From a virus (taxonomy: Duplodnaviria > Caudoviricetes): a DNA stretch of 64,000 bases. Shown piece by piece: positions 51,045 to 60,764 of the stretch. Numbering within the stretch: the stretch's first letter is position 1; the number at the start of each line of letters is the position of its first letter. The notes below the pieces were generated by a model. The model was not told the DNA's origin. It ran no database searches and saw only the letters and a program-made list of their open reading frames with translations. The stretch is taken from positions 32,001 through 96,000 of IMG/VR virus record IMGVR_UViG_3300037400_002732; one strand, written 5' to 3'. The translations under genes were made by a program, and so were the position numbers.

Positions 51045-51638
51045 ATGACGGACGGATTTAAACTGTTATTAGAAGCAGCACACAAGAAAAAGAAGAAAGG
51101 CCCAAGCCATCCTCGAATCGGATTTCCCGGTTACGGTTTCAGCAGTGTACCCGGTGACAGAGCCCAAACAGATAAATTTTGTCCGTCGATTTCCGATTCG
51201 GGTAACATAGTAATGCCAGCACCGACGCCAATACATACCCAAGGCCAAGACAGCGGTGGCGTCATTGTAATGACTCCTGGCAACGGTGATGGCGGAGACG
51301 GTGGCCCAGTCATGGCAGCCCCTACAGCTGGAGACGGCGGCGGAGCAGCAGCTGGCGAATCGGTTGAAATGAATAAGATCAACAGCATCATCGAATCATA
51401 CAAGACCGCCAACCCAAACTCACCAGTCATTGAAGAAATTCAGTCAATGCTCAAAAGTGTGAACGAAGGAAACGGTTACCTTTACCATTCATGCGACGGC
51501 GCAACGGCCATTACGCCGAACGAGCTTCCTCCGGTCGCAGAATCCCAAGTCTCCGCACTTGCAGCCGCATGTGAGTCTACATTGAGTGCATTCAAGAAAT
51601 ACACTGGATTCGACTACCTATCGTGGCGAAACAATTAA
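51045..51638 (+). CDS. late protein, possible prohead core/internal protein
   Basis: ATAAACT at 51013-51019; LLLEAA, AGES, IIES, VAES motifs. Confidence 0.75.
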   Translation: MTDGFKLLLEAAHKKKKKGPSHPRIGFPGYGFSSVPGDRAQTDKFCPSISDSGNIVMPAPTPIHTQGQDSGGVIVMTPGNGDGGDGGPVMAAPTAGDGGGAAAGESVEMNKINSIIESYKTANPNSPVIEEIQSMLKSVNEGNGYLYHSCDGATAITPNELPPVAESQVSALAAACESTLSAFKKYTGFDYLSWRNN

Positions 51639-51656
51639 CCATTTTACCATAAAAAG

Positions 51657-51682
51657 AAAGGCGGCATTTAGCCGCCTTTTTT
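51657..51682. terminator. bidirectional terminator
   Basis: AAAGGCGGC-ATTTA-GCCGCCTTTTTT between convergent genes. Confidence 0.85.
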
Positions 51683-51683
51683 G

Positions 51684-54600
51684 TTAGAATTCGATCTCGT
51701 CACTCGCTAGGATTTCATCCTTGTTGAGTTTAGGTTTCGGATTGGACTTTCGAGTAGCTTTCGGCTTCTTCGGACTAGTCATCTGAGTTTCGATAGTTTC
51801 ATCATCAAAATCATTGACATCGCCGAACAGTTCTTGATCGACATTCGGATCATTCGGTTCATCCTCATCATCGTCAGAACTGATAGACACGAACGAACTA
51901 GTTCCATCCCTACCAGAACGGTACTTATGGTCATCGGTAGAAAGAACAGCATTGTCACTTACATATTCCTTCGGAGCACCAGTGGTTTCGCGTTTCGAAG
52001 CCTTCTTTGTTGCACGGTGCTTCTTGACCTTCGGCGTTTTCTCTACCTTCGGCTTTTCCGCTACCTTTGGCTCCGCCTCTACCGTTGGATTATCGACTGG
52101 AATTTCTTCCTCGTCAATAAGGTCGCCAAATTCATCGCCAGTTTCGATCGTTTCCGGAGTTTCTTCCTCATCCTCAGCTGGGTTTCGGTTCACCTTTTCC
52201 AGAGAGAACGACCTACGAGCAGAGCTATTAGTAATGTCATTGAAGACATTCTTGAAGCCTTGCACAGCACCATCGTCAGACGCAGCAGCAACTACGCACA
52301 TGCTGTTGAAAGCAACCCTAGTCAGCCAGCCAAGGCTAGTCTTGACCATTTCACCGTAATCCTCGACAGCGAACGCTTGCGTAATAGCCTTGACAGCCTC
52401 AGCAACCTTTTGGCGCGTGTTGTCACCGGAATCCACAAGATCAGCGACACTAGCAAGCATCTGTATGTAGCGTTCAGCGCGAACGCCAGTCGCGACACAC
52501 ATCAATGCCATCAAGAACGCATCGACATAAGCATTGTCGGTATCATCGCCAAGCGAATACTTCTCTTGTAAAGTGAAGCCAAGCTTAGCAATGTAGTTGA
52601 ACGTTCCGTAGTCGAACACAAGGCCAGGGTACTTGAGCTTAAATATCGCATGTGAACCATCACTCAAGAGAATACCAGCTTCACGCAGCTTTGCCAACAG
52701 AGGGCCCATCTTTACAAGATAGTCATCCTTGGATGCGATAGAGTAGTACGGGTTATTGCGCATGTGAGCAATACGACGCTGGGCAGCCTTACTTGGGTAC
52801 ATCGAACCCATGCGGACTCGGTTGGAACCCTTCTCAATAGCCTCAAGTTCTCGGTCATACAGCATACTAGCACAATCAGACCAGCTGCGGTCATCCGTCT
52901 TGTACGCAATCAAGTTTTCAAAGATGTTTCGAATGCGCTGCTTTCTTATAGTACTTGTATCGCCAAAGAATCCAGTCGGAATACCAGTTGCCGTATCCAA
53001 GCGAAGCAAGCTGTTGATGATATTAATCACCTTGAGCTTGTCTGGATTCAGCGCAATACGCTGTTGAGCAACGTCGTTATGGCAGTATGCGTTGACCGTG
53101 TCCATCAATTCATCTTTATCAAGAGAATCCGGAACTGATCCGAGGAGCCTAGTAACACCAGAGATCCATTCGGAATCAATTTCACCAGCCTCATCTGACA
53201 TCATCTGAGGATATGCGTTAGGCTCACCAGATACCACGCCGATCTTATCCAAATCCGACATATCGCCAGATTCGTCCATCTGGTTCGTATCAGCGATTTC
53301 GTCCACGCAATCAGCCCATGACACGTCGTCGGTTTTCATCGAACCAAGCTTTTTGAACAACGCAATAAGCACGTCGTTAGAGTTTGCATCAGAACCCAAG
53401 TCAAGAACGCTACGCGGAATTTCTCCAGACTTCGCAATTCCATCGACATCCTTCAAGACATCGACGGCGGTAGCAACTCGTTCATTATCGATCTGCAATG
53501 GTTGATCAGCGCAGTATGCTTCGACAATCTGATTCATCTGGTCAGCAGTAATGTCATACGGCATAACATTCAAGGCATCCTTCAAATCGAATACCCATTC
53601 TGATTGGCCAAATGTACGACCAACATCCTTCATGACAGCTCGACGGCCAGCCTTCTGACCGAACGTAGTGGTCACCAAGATAATGTCGGCGATAGGCGTA
53701 TCGAAACCATAACACAGTTCATACAGCGAACGCATCGCTTCGTCCATGAGCTTGGTCGCACGTTCCTTATAATTTTTCGCGTAGTTCACGTCTCCGGTCA
53801 GTTCATCAATGGAGCCGTAATTGCCAGTCAGCTTCTTGAACAAATCCATACGGATCGCATGGGCAAAATCCTTGATAGACTCGACCTTCGGAACATCGGT
53901 AGATGAACCATCGCCAAGGGCAAGCGCAACGATTCGCGGAAGCGGAATCTTGTACGCCTTTTCCGGAGTAGTCCTATTACCGTTTTCGTCAAACGCGATA
54001 GCAGTTTCCTTCTTGTCGTCCAAGATATTCTCTTTGCTGCCAATTACTGCGCTATACATCTGGTTGTACGTTTTGAACGCATAGCCACCAATAGCCGCCT
54101 TTACCACTTCGGCGAGTGTAGGATAAGAGGTGTCCTTGTTACGTTCGTCATCAATCATCGCACTGACAAGTTCACGCTGCAAGTCATTAGCACCACGGCC
54201 CTTGTACAACTGCTTACCAGTCAACGACTGACGAACCGAGTTGAATGCACGTTCAGAAAGCCTATCAACACGTTCATCAGTAAGTACTCGTTCAAATGCG
54301 TTAAACGCCTTACCAAGAGTGTATGCATATTGGGCAAGTTGCGGATTCTGGTCAATTTCCTTCTGAATTAACGGTGTGTACGAAGTTCTTGCCGCAGCTT
54401 CTTCCGAGTCACTGAAACCAAGCATAGCAACGTCTTCGTCGGACGGAGCTTGACGCATCTGAGAACGAGCGAACGAGTCAATCGCCTTACCATACTTACT
54501 TGGTTGCACAGTGCCATCCTCATTCATCTGAGGCTCCTCATCCGGACGAGGTAATGCCCTAGTATTTGACAAGTACGGAACACCAACTTCTTCCTCGTTA

Positions 54601-57600
54601 CGGTTAATCACAGACTGATCGATACGATTGATAAGCTGGATCAATTTAGTGGCAAGATCTTCTTCGGATTCTGCACCCTTGACAACGTTCGTCGCAATCT
54701 GAGCAATCTTAATGGAAAGTGGGTTTCCACTATAACGACTCAAAATTCCGCGAACATTGTCTAGCGATTCAACCAAGTCTTCTTGGGTATCGGTATGCAA
54801 CGTAAGAACGTACTCACCAAGCATGAATACTACTTGGGCAATAGAACTAGCATCGGATTCCGTATAAGAGAACTCACGAAATTCAGGATCTTCATGATTG
54901 TCAATGTCGTCGTACGATTTATACTTCTTGAGATCCCTTAAAGTCTTAATCGCGGCATTCATTACGTTGCGAGCATGTTCAACTTCGTCAGAGCTTACCT
55001 TACCGTCAACGATAGAAGCTACCAACCCAGCATAGCACGGATAGTCCTTACCAATCTTCGCCAAGGCAGCCGCACCAGCTGCCTTCTTTTCCTTGGCAGC
55101 ATCATACGTTGCAATGTAACGTTGGAACAAGCGAAGCTGGCTCGGATCGCGTTTCGGATTTTCAGCAAATACCTTGTACCAGTGACGAATTTGTTCGTCA
55201 TCCGTCGCATTCTCGTTCTCAATCGGAGTAGCATTCGGCATTTCCTTAGCGAGTTCAATAGCACCTTCAAGAGACTCACCAGCATCTTGGTAAGCCTTGA
55301 CCGCGTTATTGTAATAAGCAGCTTGCTGGAGAATGTCGCCAAGCGCATGGTCACCAGCAGTTAAATCGCTAGTAGCAGATGCGTCATGAACCAATGCGTC
55401 TTGCTCACCATTGGCATAATGCAATGTCGTACGGCCCATGTTTTCATTGGAGAACATAGAGATTTCCGGCATCGGGTCGCCACCAGGTTTCAACGTAAAC
55501 GCTTGCTCAGTAGGTTCAGCAGTTTCGAGAGGATCCTTCTTGGAGTAGCCAGCTACATAGCGGAGCATACCAAACACCTTGACACGCTGAGCGTACTGGT
55601 TGATTCGCAACTCGCGCAAAGTCTTCTTATTCTGCTTGGGATCACCAGCCATCGTCTTTGAGATAGCTGCGGTCATAGTGTCCAGAAGGTCTTGGGTTAC
55701 GCCCTTCTCGTCAATGCACTTATCGACCACTGTGTACAAATTATTGCGTAGCTGTTCAACACGCTTGCCTCGCGGAGTTTTCATCAGAGCATCAACCAAG
55801 TTTTTCACTTGATCGTGCCACTGAGCAGAATTCTTCGAAACAATCGAAATCACACACACATACACCGACTTAATCTCAGCAGCCCTAGCCTTAGCCAACG
55901 CCTTCGCACCATTCTTGCCGATGATCGACGTTTGCAAGTCAACAACCTTGTCATGGAATTCATCAAAGCTGCTGAACCAATGCTTGTCGTTATTAACGTC
56001 GTTGAATGTTTGGATAGCCGACGCGATACTCTGCTTAGTTTGCGGATCGGATGCCTTGTTTTCGGCACTATAGAAATTTTCCATGAAGAATACCGATGAT
56101 CTAAGCAGATCTAGCAAGGTAGCTTGTTGCGCCTTGACCAATCCGTCGGTATATGCAACCACGTTACATGCCTTGCACAAATCCGACAACGCATTGGCCG
56201 ACAGAATAACCGAAGCCGAGTCAGAAGCACTGCCCTCGTCCGAGTTGAGTGTCGCCATATAAGATGCAATCATCTTATCGACCGCACTGTGCTTACCCAG
56301 CACAAAAGTATCGATCGACGGAGCAACCTTATATACGTTTTCCGCAATATCATCGGCAGTTCCATACCCAGCCGCCTCTGCCGATTTGGCATAATGCGAC
56401 ACGGCGTGAGTGAAGTTATCACAAATACTACCAATGTTAGATACAGCCTTGTTAAGCAATTCTGGATCGCTGGCATCATACAAATTCTTCACCTTGTCAA
56501 CCAAGGCCGTTCGGTAACCAAAATTGTCTGCCTCTTCGCTAGGCAAGAAACCATTGGTCGCAATCTTATGCACGTTGTCAGAACGGTTCAGTGTACGAAG
56601 ACGTTTTGCCTCTTCACTCATGCGAGTGTCTTGCATGATATTAGCATCATGAATATTTTCCATTTCACGAGTCATAGCGTCAGACTTCATCAAAGCATCG
56701 TCAGATGCGCCGCTACGAATATTGGAGAACGCCTTAAGACCGCACATGATGATCCATGCGGTTCCGCCGGATACGTAAGCCGGAATCAAAGACGAACTTA
56801 CATAGTTGGTGTAAATTTCCTTGATTCGAGGAAGATCTATACTGTCAACGTCAATATTGTAATCCTGTAGCGGGCCGTCACCATGATACGCAATCTTCAA
56901 TACGCCATCATGAAACTCGAAACATCTTTCGGTAATTTTTCCAGCAGTTACTTGATCAGACTTACTCCCATCACCCTTTAAACGGTCGTTAGGGCTTTCT
57001 TCACGGAACGTGTACACAGCATCAGCAAGACCGACGGCGTTAACAATTTCCTTTCCGTCGGCGGTTTCACCACCATGAATTTCATTGTCGCCGCTAAAGA
57101 CAATCTTCGTCTTGATATTTTTTACCGCGCTAACAAAGGTCGCATAGTCGAGCTCATTATCGGCCCTAGCAAGTCCTTTCTCAATAAACCACTTCGACAA
57201 TTCTTCCTTTCCGAGCTTAGCGGCTTTAGCCGCTTCATCAGACAAGTCAGCTAAATTGCTCAGCAAATCATAGTGGAGTGAAATAGCAGTTTGCGTATTG
57301 GCAGACACCTCTTGGAACCATGTAGCTACCGACTTAGCTAGATTAGCAGCACTCTGGTCATCAAAGACCGGTTCACACTTATATCCGCTATCAGTAAGGA
57401 TACGCTGCATAACCTTGTACACAGCGTGACCTACACGAGAATTTTTCATATTGTAGGAGAAACGACTCAACGCGTCAATCGCAAAGATCTTGTAATAGCG
57501 TTGGCAAGTAAACTTGGTTTTGTTGTTGACCAAGTTAAACTGAGTCGTGTTGTCCCCAAGCTCAGCCATGTTCTTGGTAACCACGTTTTCGGACTTCAAA

Positions 57601-58439
57601 ATATAGTCATCATCCGAACGTTCTTTATTCATGGCTTTCGTAGCAGTGTTACCAGACCAGCTTTTGGTCACAATATTGTATAGCTGCTGCGCCATAGCGG
57701 CAGTCCTATCGTTCCAAGCAGCGTCGCGAAATTCACTACCAACAATCTCATTACGCAGTACAGAACATGCAAGCGTCAAGTAAGCAGCATCAGTAACCAT
57801 CTGGTCAGATACATACGAACGAATGTTAGCTACATCGACCATGCTGTTAATAATCTCGATAACCTTGTTCAAACGAGCGGCGACAATTCCGTACAGCTCG
57901 TTCAAATCCGCGTTAGACACCGACTGTTCAGTCACCGGAGTTTGGTACAGCGAAGACGTGCACACTTCAAGCGAACTCATCAGCGCATAGTTGAACGCCT
58001 CGGCAGCTTGACTGCATGCGTTTTTGCGGCGTAATCCAGACTGCTTGCTAGGCTGGGATTCAAAGTTATAATCAACAACGGATTGGAAAGCCTTAATCGC
58101 TACCTTGTCATTGGTAGATTTAGCCATTTTCAACAAGAGCTTAGCCAGCGGAGGAATGACGGTAGCAGCCAAGTAGACATAGCGACGGCGAGCATTATCA
58201 CCCTTTTCATCATCACGATTCGAACCGCGCAAACTAGGATTCCAATTAGCGCGTAAGGCAACTTGATTCAATACAGCTTGGACAGCTGCATTCTTCGCCA
58301 CGTTGGTATATGAATTCTCATACGTCGTGCCGCTTGTTTCACCAAGCACCACATTCAGCACTTCATTCACATCTTGAACGATAAGTTTCTCAATTTCAGC
58401 TGGATTGGCCGCTTCAAGTAATATACGCTGACTGGTCAT
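51684..58439 (-). CDS. giant (2251 aa) helical late protein of unknown function
   Basis: Uninterrupted ORF; ATAAACT 26 nt upstream; N-terminal ILLEAA. Confidence 0.9.
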   Translation of the reverse strand: MTSQRILLEAANPAEIEKLIVQDVNEVLNVVLGETSGTTYENSYTNVAKNAAVQAVLNQVALRANWNPSLRGSNRDDEKGDNARRRYVYLAATVIPPLAKLLLKMAKSTNDKVAIKAFQSVVDYNFESQPSKQSGLRRKNACSQAAEAFNYALMSSLEVCTSSLYQTPVTEQSVSNADLNELYGIVAARLNKVIEIINSMVDVANIRSYVSDQMVTDAAYLTLACSVLRNEIVGSEFRDAAWNDRTAAMAQQLYNIVTKSWSGNTATKAMNKERSDDDYILKSENVVTKNMAELGDNTTQFNLVNNKTKFTCQRYYKIFAIDALSRFSYNMKNSRVGHAVYKVMQRILTDSGYKCEPVFDDQSAANLAKSVATWFQEVSANTQTAISLHYDLLSNLADLSDEAAKAAKLGKEELSKWFIEKGLARADNELDYATFVSAVKNIKTKIVFSGDNEIHGGETADGKEIVNAVGLADAVYTFREESPNDRLKGDGSKSDQVTAGKITERCFEFHDGVLKIAYHGDGPLQDYNIDVDSIDLPRIKEIYTNYVSSSLIPAYVSGGTAWIIMCGLKAFSNIRSGASDDALMKSDAMTREMENIHDANIMQDTRMSEEAKRLRTLNRSDNVHKIATNGFLPSEEADNFGYRTALVDKVKNLYDASDPELLNKAVSNIGSICDNFTHAVSHYAKSAEAAGYGTADDIAENVYKVAPSIDTFVLGKHSAVDKMIASYMATLNSDEGSASDSASVILSANALSDLCKACNVVAYTDGLVKAQQATLLDLLRSSVFFMENFYSAENKASDPQTKQSIASAIQTFNDVNNDKHWFSSFDEFHDKVVDLQTSIIGKNGAKALAKARAAEIKSVYVCVISIVSKNSAQWHDQVKNLVDALMKTPRGKRVEQLRNNLYTVVDKCIDEKGVTQDLLDTMTAAISKTMAGDPKQNKKTLRELRINQYAQRVKVFGMLRYVAGYSKKDPLETAEPTEQAFTLKPGGDPMPEISMFSNENMGRTTLHYANGEQDALVHDASATSDLTAGDHALGDILQQAAYYNNAVKAYQDAGESLEGAIELAKEMPNATPIENENATDDEQIRHWYKVFAENPKRDPSQLRLFQRYIATYDAAKEKKAAGAAALAKIGKDYPCYAGLVASIVDGKVSSDEVEHARNVMNAAIKTLRDLKKYKSYDDIDNHEDPEFREFSYTESDASSIAQVVFMLGEYVLTLHTDTQEDLVESLDNVRGILSRYSGNPLSIKIAQIATNVVKGAESEEDLATKLIQLINRIDQSVINRNEEEVGVPYLSNTRALPRPDEEPQMNEDGTVQPSKYGKAIDSFARSQMRQAPSDEDVAMLGFSDSEEAAARTSYTPLIQKEIDQNPQLAQYAYTLGKAFNAFERVLTDERVDRLSERAFNSVRQSLTGKQLYKGRGANDLQRELVSAMIDDERNKDTSYPTLAEVVKAAIGGYAFKTYNQMYSAVIGSKENILDDKKETAIAFDENGNRTTPEKAYKIPLPRIVALALGDGSSTDVPKVESIKDFAHAIRMDLFKKLTGNYGSIDELTGDVNYAKNYKERATKLMDEAMRSLYELCYGFDTPIADIILVTTTFGQKAGRRAVMKDVGRTFGQSEWVFDLKDALNVMPYDITADQMNQIVEAYCADQPLQIDNERVATAVDVLKDVDGIAKSGEIPRSVLDLGSDANSNDVLIALFKKLGSMKTDDVSWADCVDEIADTNQMDESGDMSDLDKIGVVSGEPNAYPQMMSDEAGEIDSEWISGVTRLLGSVPDSLDKDELMDTVNAYCHNDVAQQRIALNPDKLKVINIINSLLRLDTATGIPTGFFGDTSTIRKQRIRNIFENLIAYKTDDRSWSDCASMLYDRELEAIEKGSNRVRMGSMYPSKAAQRRIAHMRNNPYYSIASKDDYLVKMGPLLAKLREAGILLSDGSHAIFKLKYPGLVFDYGTFNYIAKLGFTLQEKYSLGDDTDNAYVDAFLMALMCVATGVRAERYIQMLASVADLVDSGDNTRQKVAEAVKAITQAFAVEDYGEMVKTSLGWLTRVAFNSMCVVAAASDDGAVQGFKNVFNDITNSSARRSFSLEKVNRNPAEDEEETPETIETGDEFGDLIDEEEIPVDNPTVEAEPKVAEKPKVEKTPKVKKHRATKKASKRETTGAPKEYVSDNAVLSTDDHKYRSGRDGTSSFVSISSDDDEDEPNDPNVDQELFGDVNDFDDETIETQMTSPKKPKATRKSNPKPKLNKDEILASDEIEF

Positions 58440-58465
58440 ATCAGTTCCTAAAACATTTCAGACGT

Positions 58466-58502
58466 AGTTTATCATTACTAAATATCGGCAATTTGATAAA
58501 CT
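58466..58502. promoter_or_regulatory. divergent pair of ATAAACT putative late promoters
   Basis: AGTTTAT at 58466-58472 and ATAAACT at 58496-58502. Confidence 0.7.
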
Positions 58503-58527
58503 AGGCATAAACACTATTGGATTGATT

Positions 58528-60675
58528 ATGGCCCAGCACAATTTCAGTGAATTATTCGACGAATACCTTGATGACAAGGCATCCGATAAGCTAAGAAACC
58601 GATTGGCATCCGCCCAAGCCGATCTCGCTAAGTCACCAGTCGCCGACGAAATTCAAGCCAGTCTTGACGGCGGAGACATCGACCAAATTAAAGATTTGTT
58701 TACAATGCTAACACGAAGCAGTAAATCGACTGCTCCAGAAATTTGGAATGCACTGAAGCAAGACCGCAAGAACCTACTTGACGCAGCGGCCAACAAAAAA
58801 GTTAAGTCCAGTTCAATCGATTCGGCAATCAAGAAACTTAATCCCAAGCCGCAAAACGATACAGAAGCAAAGAAAGACAAACAGTTTGATGTAAATCTTC
58901 CCAATTTCTCACTAGAAAACGACAACATCTTTGGCGAGATGGGCGACGTATCGCTTGATGATCTGGCCAACGTCACCGACGACACTAAATCCGTTCCAGC
59001 TACAGCGTCAACGCAAGCTCAAGCTCAAGATCAAGCTCAAGCTCAAGCTCAAGATCAAGATCAAGCCCAAGCTCAAGATCAAGCTCAAGCTCAAGATCAA
59101 GATCAAGATCAAGATCAAGCAACAACCGAAGAAAACGACGCTGAAGCGGCGGCAACCGAGTTCGCAAACGAAGAAGAAATTCTGGACAATGATCCATTCC
59201 ATATCACTACAATAGACGATGAGGAAAAATCAGAAGAGGAAGAAAAAACAGTCGATCAAGCGCAAAGTGAGCAAGCACAAAGTGAACAAGCACAAAGTGA
59301 ACAAGCGCAAGGTGATAACAGCACAGCAGCAACAAACTCAGTCGATATTAATCCGGAAGAAGTAGAAGCAGAAGAAGCACGACGTCTGCGTGAAGCAGCA
59401 GAAGCCGCAAGACAGCAACGCGATGCAGAAGCCGCCGCTGCGGCACAACGCCAGCGCGATGCAGAAGCCGCCGCTGCGGCACAACGCCAGCGCGATGCAG
59501 AAGCCGCCGCTGCAGCACAACGCCAGCGCGATGCAGAAGCCGCCGCTGCAGCACAACACCAGCGCGATGCAGAAGCCGCGTCAGCTAGCCAAGAAGGCAA
59601 TGCAGATACTATCGATCTTCCCAATGACAGTGCGGATAATGTAAACTTCCGTGAACAATATTCAGATGTGTATGCCGAAATCGACGAAAAGGCCATTACA
59701 TCAGAACAAGCGGAGGAAGCCAAACGATATGCTGACCAAGTATTCGCTACTCCGGATGTTGAGCCGAGAGCGTATCATGCATTGACTGGAGGCCCCAGTG
59801 CGATTCGCACCAGGTGCATCGCTGGATTGCTGTCTACGGCAAATTCCAGACTAGGTTACAGATCTGACGGCGACCCAAGCACATCAAACCGCATCAACTT
59901 CAATGGCGGTGTCTCGTCCCAGGGTCACGTCGCTCCACACGTTCGCAGATCGTTTGTTATTCCCAATGGATTCGGCATGAAGCGCAATGCGTCCATCTGG
60001 AATACACCGATAATTACAGACTTCGGATTCCCATTCCTCAACTTCAGCTCTGAAGCCTTTCTCAACGTAATCAAGTCGGACGAAGATGATAAGGTTAAAA
60101 ACAGTAATCTGAAAGAAATGTTTAAGAATGCCAGCAAAACCCTCGGTGGTGTATGGAAGGCTATTCACGCAGCACCGCTTGAGTTGATTCGCCAAATCGC
60201 TCATGAGATTGGAACCAAATGTACGCCCAACTATCTCAGAGTTGATGGTAACGACTTGCTGACTGCAGAACCGGGTGAACGAGTAAGCGTCACGCCAATC
60301 AACTACTACAGCGTCAATCCGTCTTACTTGGGTGTCACGATGGTTCCATACGAATTCTTGACTAACTTCTACGATGTAATCGACTACAGCAGCACATCCC
60401 AGAACGTCTATTTGAAGTACTCTGATGGGTTGACTGCAGATGAATTCGCCGAAGAAATCAACGAGAACGATGGCATTCCTCCATTCTACATCCTCGTACC
60501 GAAGAACGCAAAATTTAGCAAGTGCCCCATCAAGTCCGGTAGCTTATTCGGTTCACTCATGAACGTCATCCTCGGTCGTCAGAAGTACATGATGGTCAAG
60601 ACAGTCTTCCAAGGCAAGCGTGGATGTATCGCAATGGACGAGCAAACCGCAGACAAGCTGTATTCCAACCTATAG
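58528..60675 (+). CDS. repeat-containing late protein, paralog of 62105..63631
   Basis: ATG at 58528; QA/QD, QAQSE and QRDAEAAAAAQR repeats; C-terminal GIPPFYILVP. Confidence 0.85.
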   Translation: MAQHNFSELFDEYLDDKASDKLRNRLASAQADLAKSPVADEIQASLDGGDIDQIKDLFTMLTRSSKSTAPEIWNALKQDRKNLLDAAANKKVKSSSIDSAIKKLNPKPQNDTEAKKDKQFDVNLPNFSLENDNIFGEMGDVSLDDLANVTDDTKSVPATASTQAQAQDQAQAQAQDQDQAQAQDQAQAQDQDQDQDQATTEENDAEAAATEFANEEEILDNDPFHITTIDDEEKSEEEEKTVDQAQSEQAQSEQAQSEQAQGDNSTAATNSVDINPEEVEAEEARRLREAAEAARQQRDAEAAAAAQRQRDAEAAAAAQRQRDAEAAAAAQRQRDAEAAAAAQHQRDAEAASASQEGNADTIDLPNDSADNVNFREQYSDVYAEIDEKAITSEQAEEAKRYADQVFATPDVEPRAYHALTGGPSAIRTRCIAGLLSTANSRLGYRSDGDPSTSNRINFNGGVSSQGHVAPHVRRSFVIPNGFGMKRNASIWNTPIITDFGFPFLNFSSEAFLNVIKSDEDDKVKNSNLKEMFKNASKTLGGVWKAIHAAPLELIRQIAHEIGTKCTPNYLRVDGNDLLTAEPGERVSVTPINYYSVNPSYLGVTMVPYEFLTNFYDVIDYSSTSQNVYLKYSDGLTADEFAEEINENDGIPPFYILVPKNAKFSKCPIKSGSLFGSLMNVILGRQKYMMVKTVFQGKRGCIAMDEQTADKLYSNL
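59014..59120 (+). repeat. coding hexamer microsatellite (CAAGCT/CAAGAT)n
   Basis: Encodes a QAQAQD run. Confidence 0.9.
59416..59580 (+). repeat. 36-bp coding tandem repeat, about 4.5 copies
   Basis: CAGCGCGATGCAGAAGCCGCCGCTGCRGCACAACGC encoding QRDAEAAAAAQR. Confidence 0.9.
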
Positions 60676-60678
60676 CAT

Positions 60679-60733
60679 TGTTTCATGTGAAACATTTTAT
60701 TGTTTCACGTGAAACATTGTTTCACATGAAACA
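60679..60733. promoter_or_regulatory. parS: array of three parS-type palindromes
   Basis: TGTTTCATGTGAAACA (60679-60694), TGTTTCACGTGAAACA (60701-60716), TGTTTCACATGAAACA (60718-60733). Confidence 0.85.
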
Positions 60734-60736
60734 TTG

Positions 60737-60764
60737 AAAATCCGTCAAACCATGGCGGATTTTT
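60737..60764 (+). terminator. rho-independent terminator for ORF 58528..60675
   Basis: AAAATCCGTCA-AACCA-TGGCGGATTTTT; the stem mismatch is a G:U pair on plus-strand RNA. Confidence 0.75.

Noticed and set aside
59416-59580. 36-bp repeats as CRISPR repeats
   Set aside because: Head-to-tail with no spacers, and in frame within a protein
60679-60733. Mini-CRISPR array next to a Cas12-like nuclease
   Set aside because: Repeats are only 16 bp, separated by 6 and 1 nt with no spacers, and match parS
60718-60764. TnpB guide equals parS: a hairpin plus TTCAA abuts the third parS exactly, suggesting a nuclease aimed at host centromeres
   Set aside because: A better right end lies 43 nt away (GAAG-hairpin-TAGTTCAC at 60777-60810). 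It satisfies the guide/cleavage pairing rule, and excision there restores a promoter. The nearer hairpin fits a plus-strand terminator. Small-RNA-seq of the omegaRNA 3' end would settle it.
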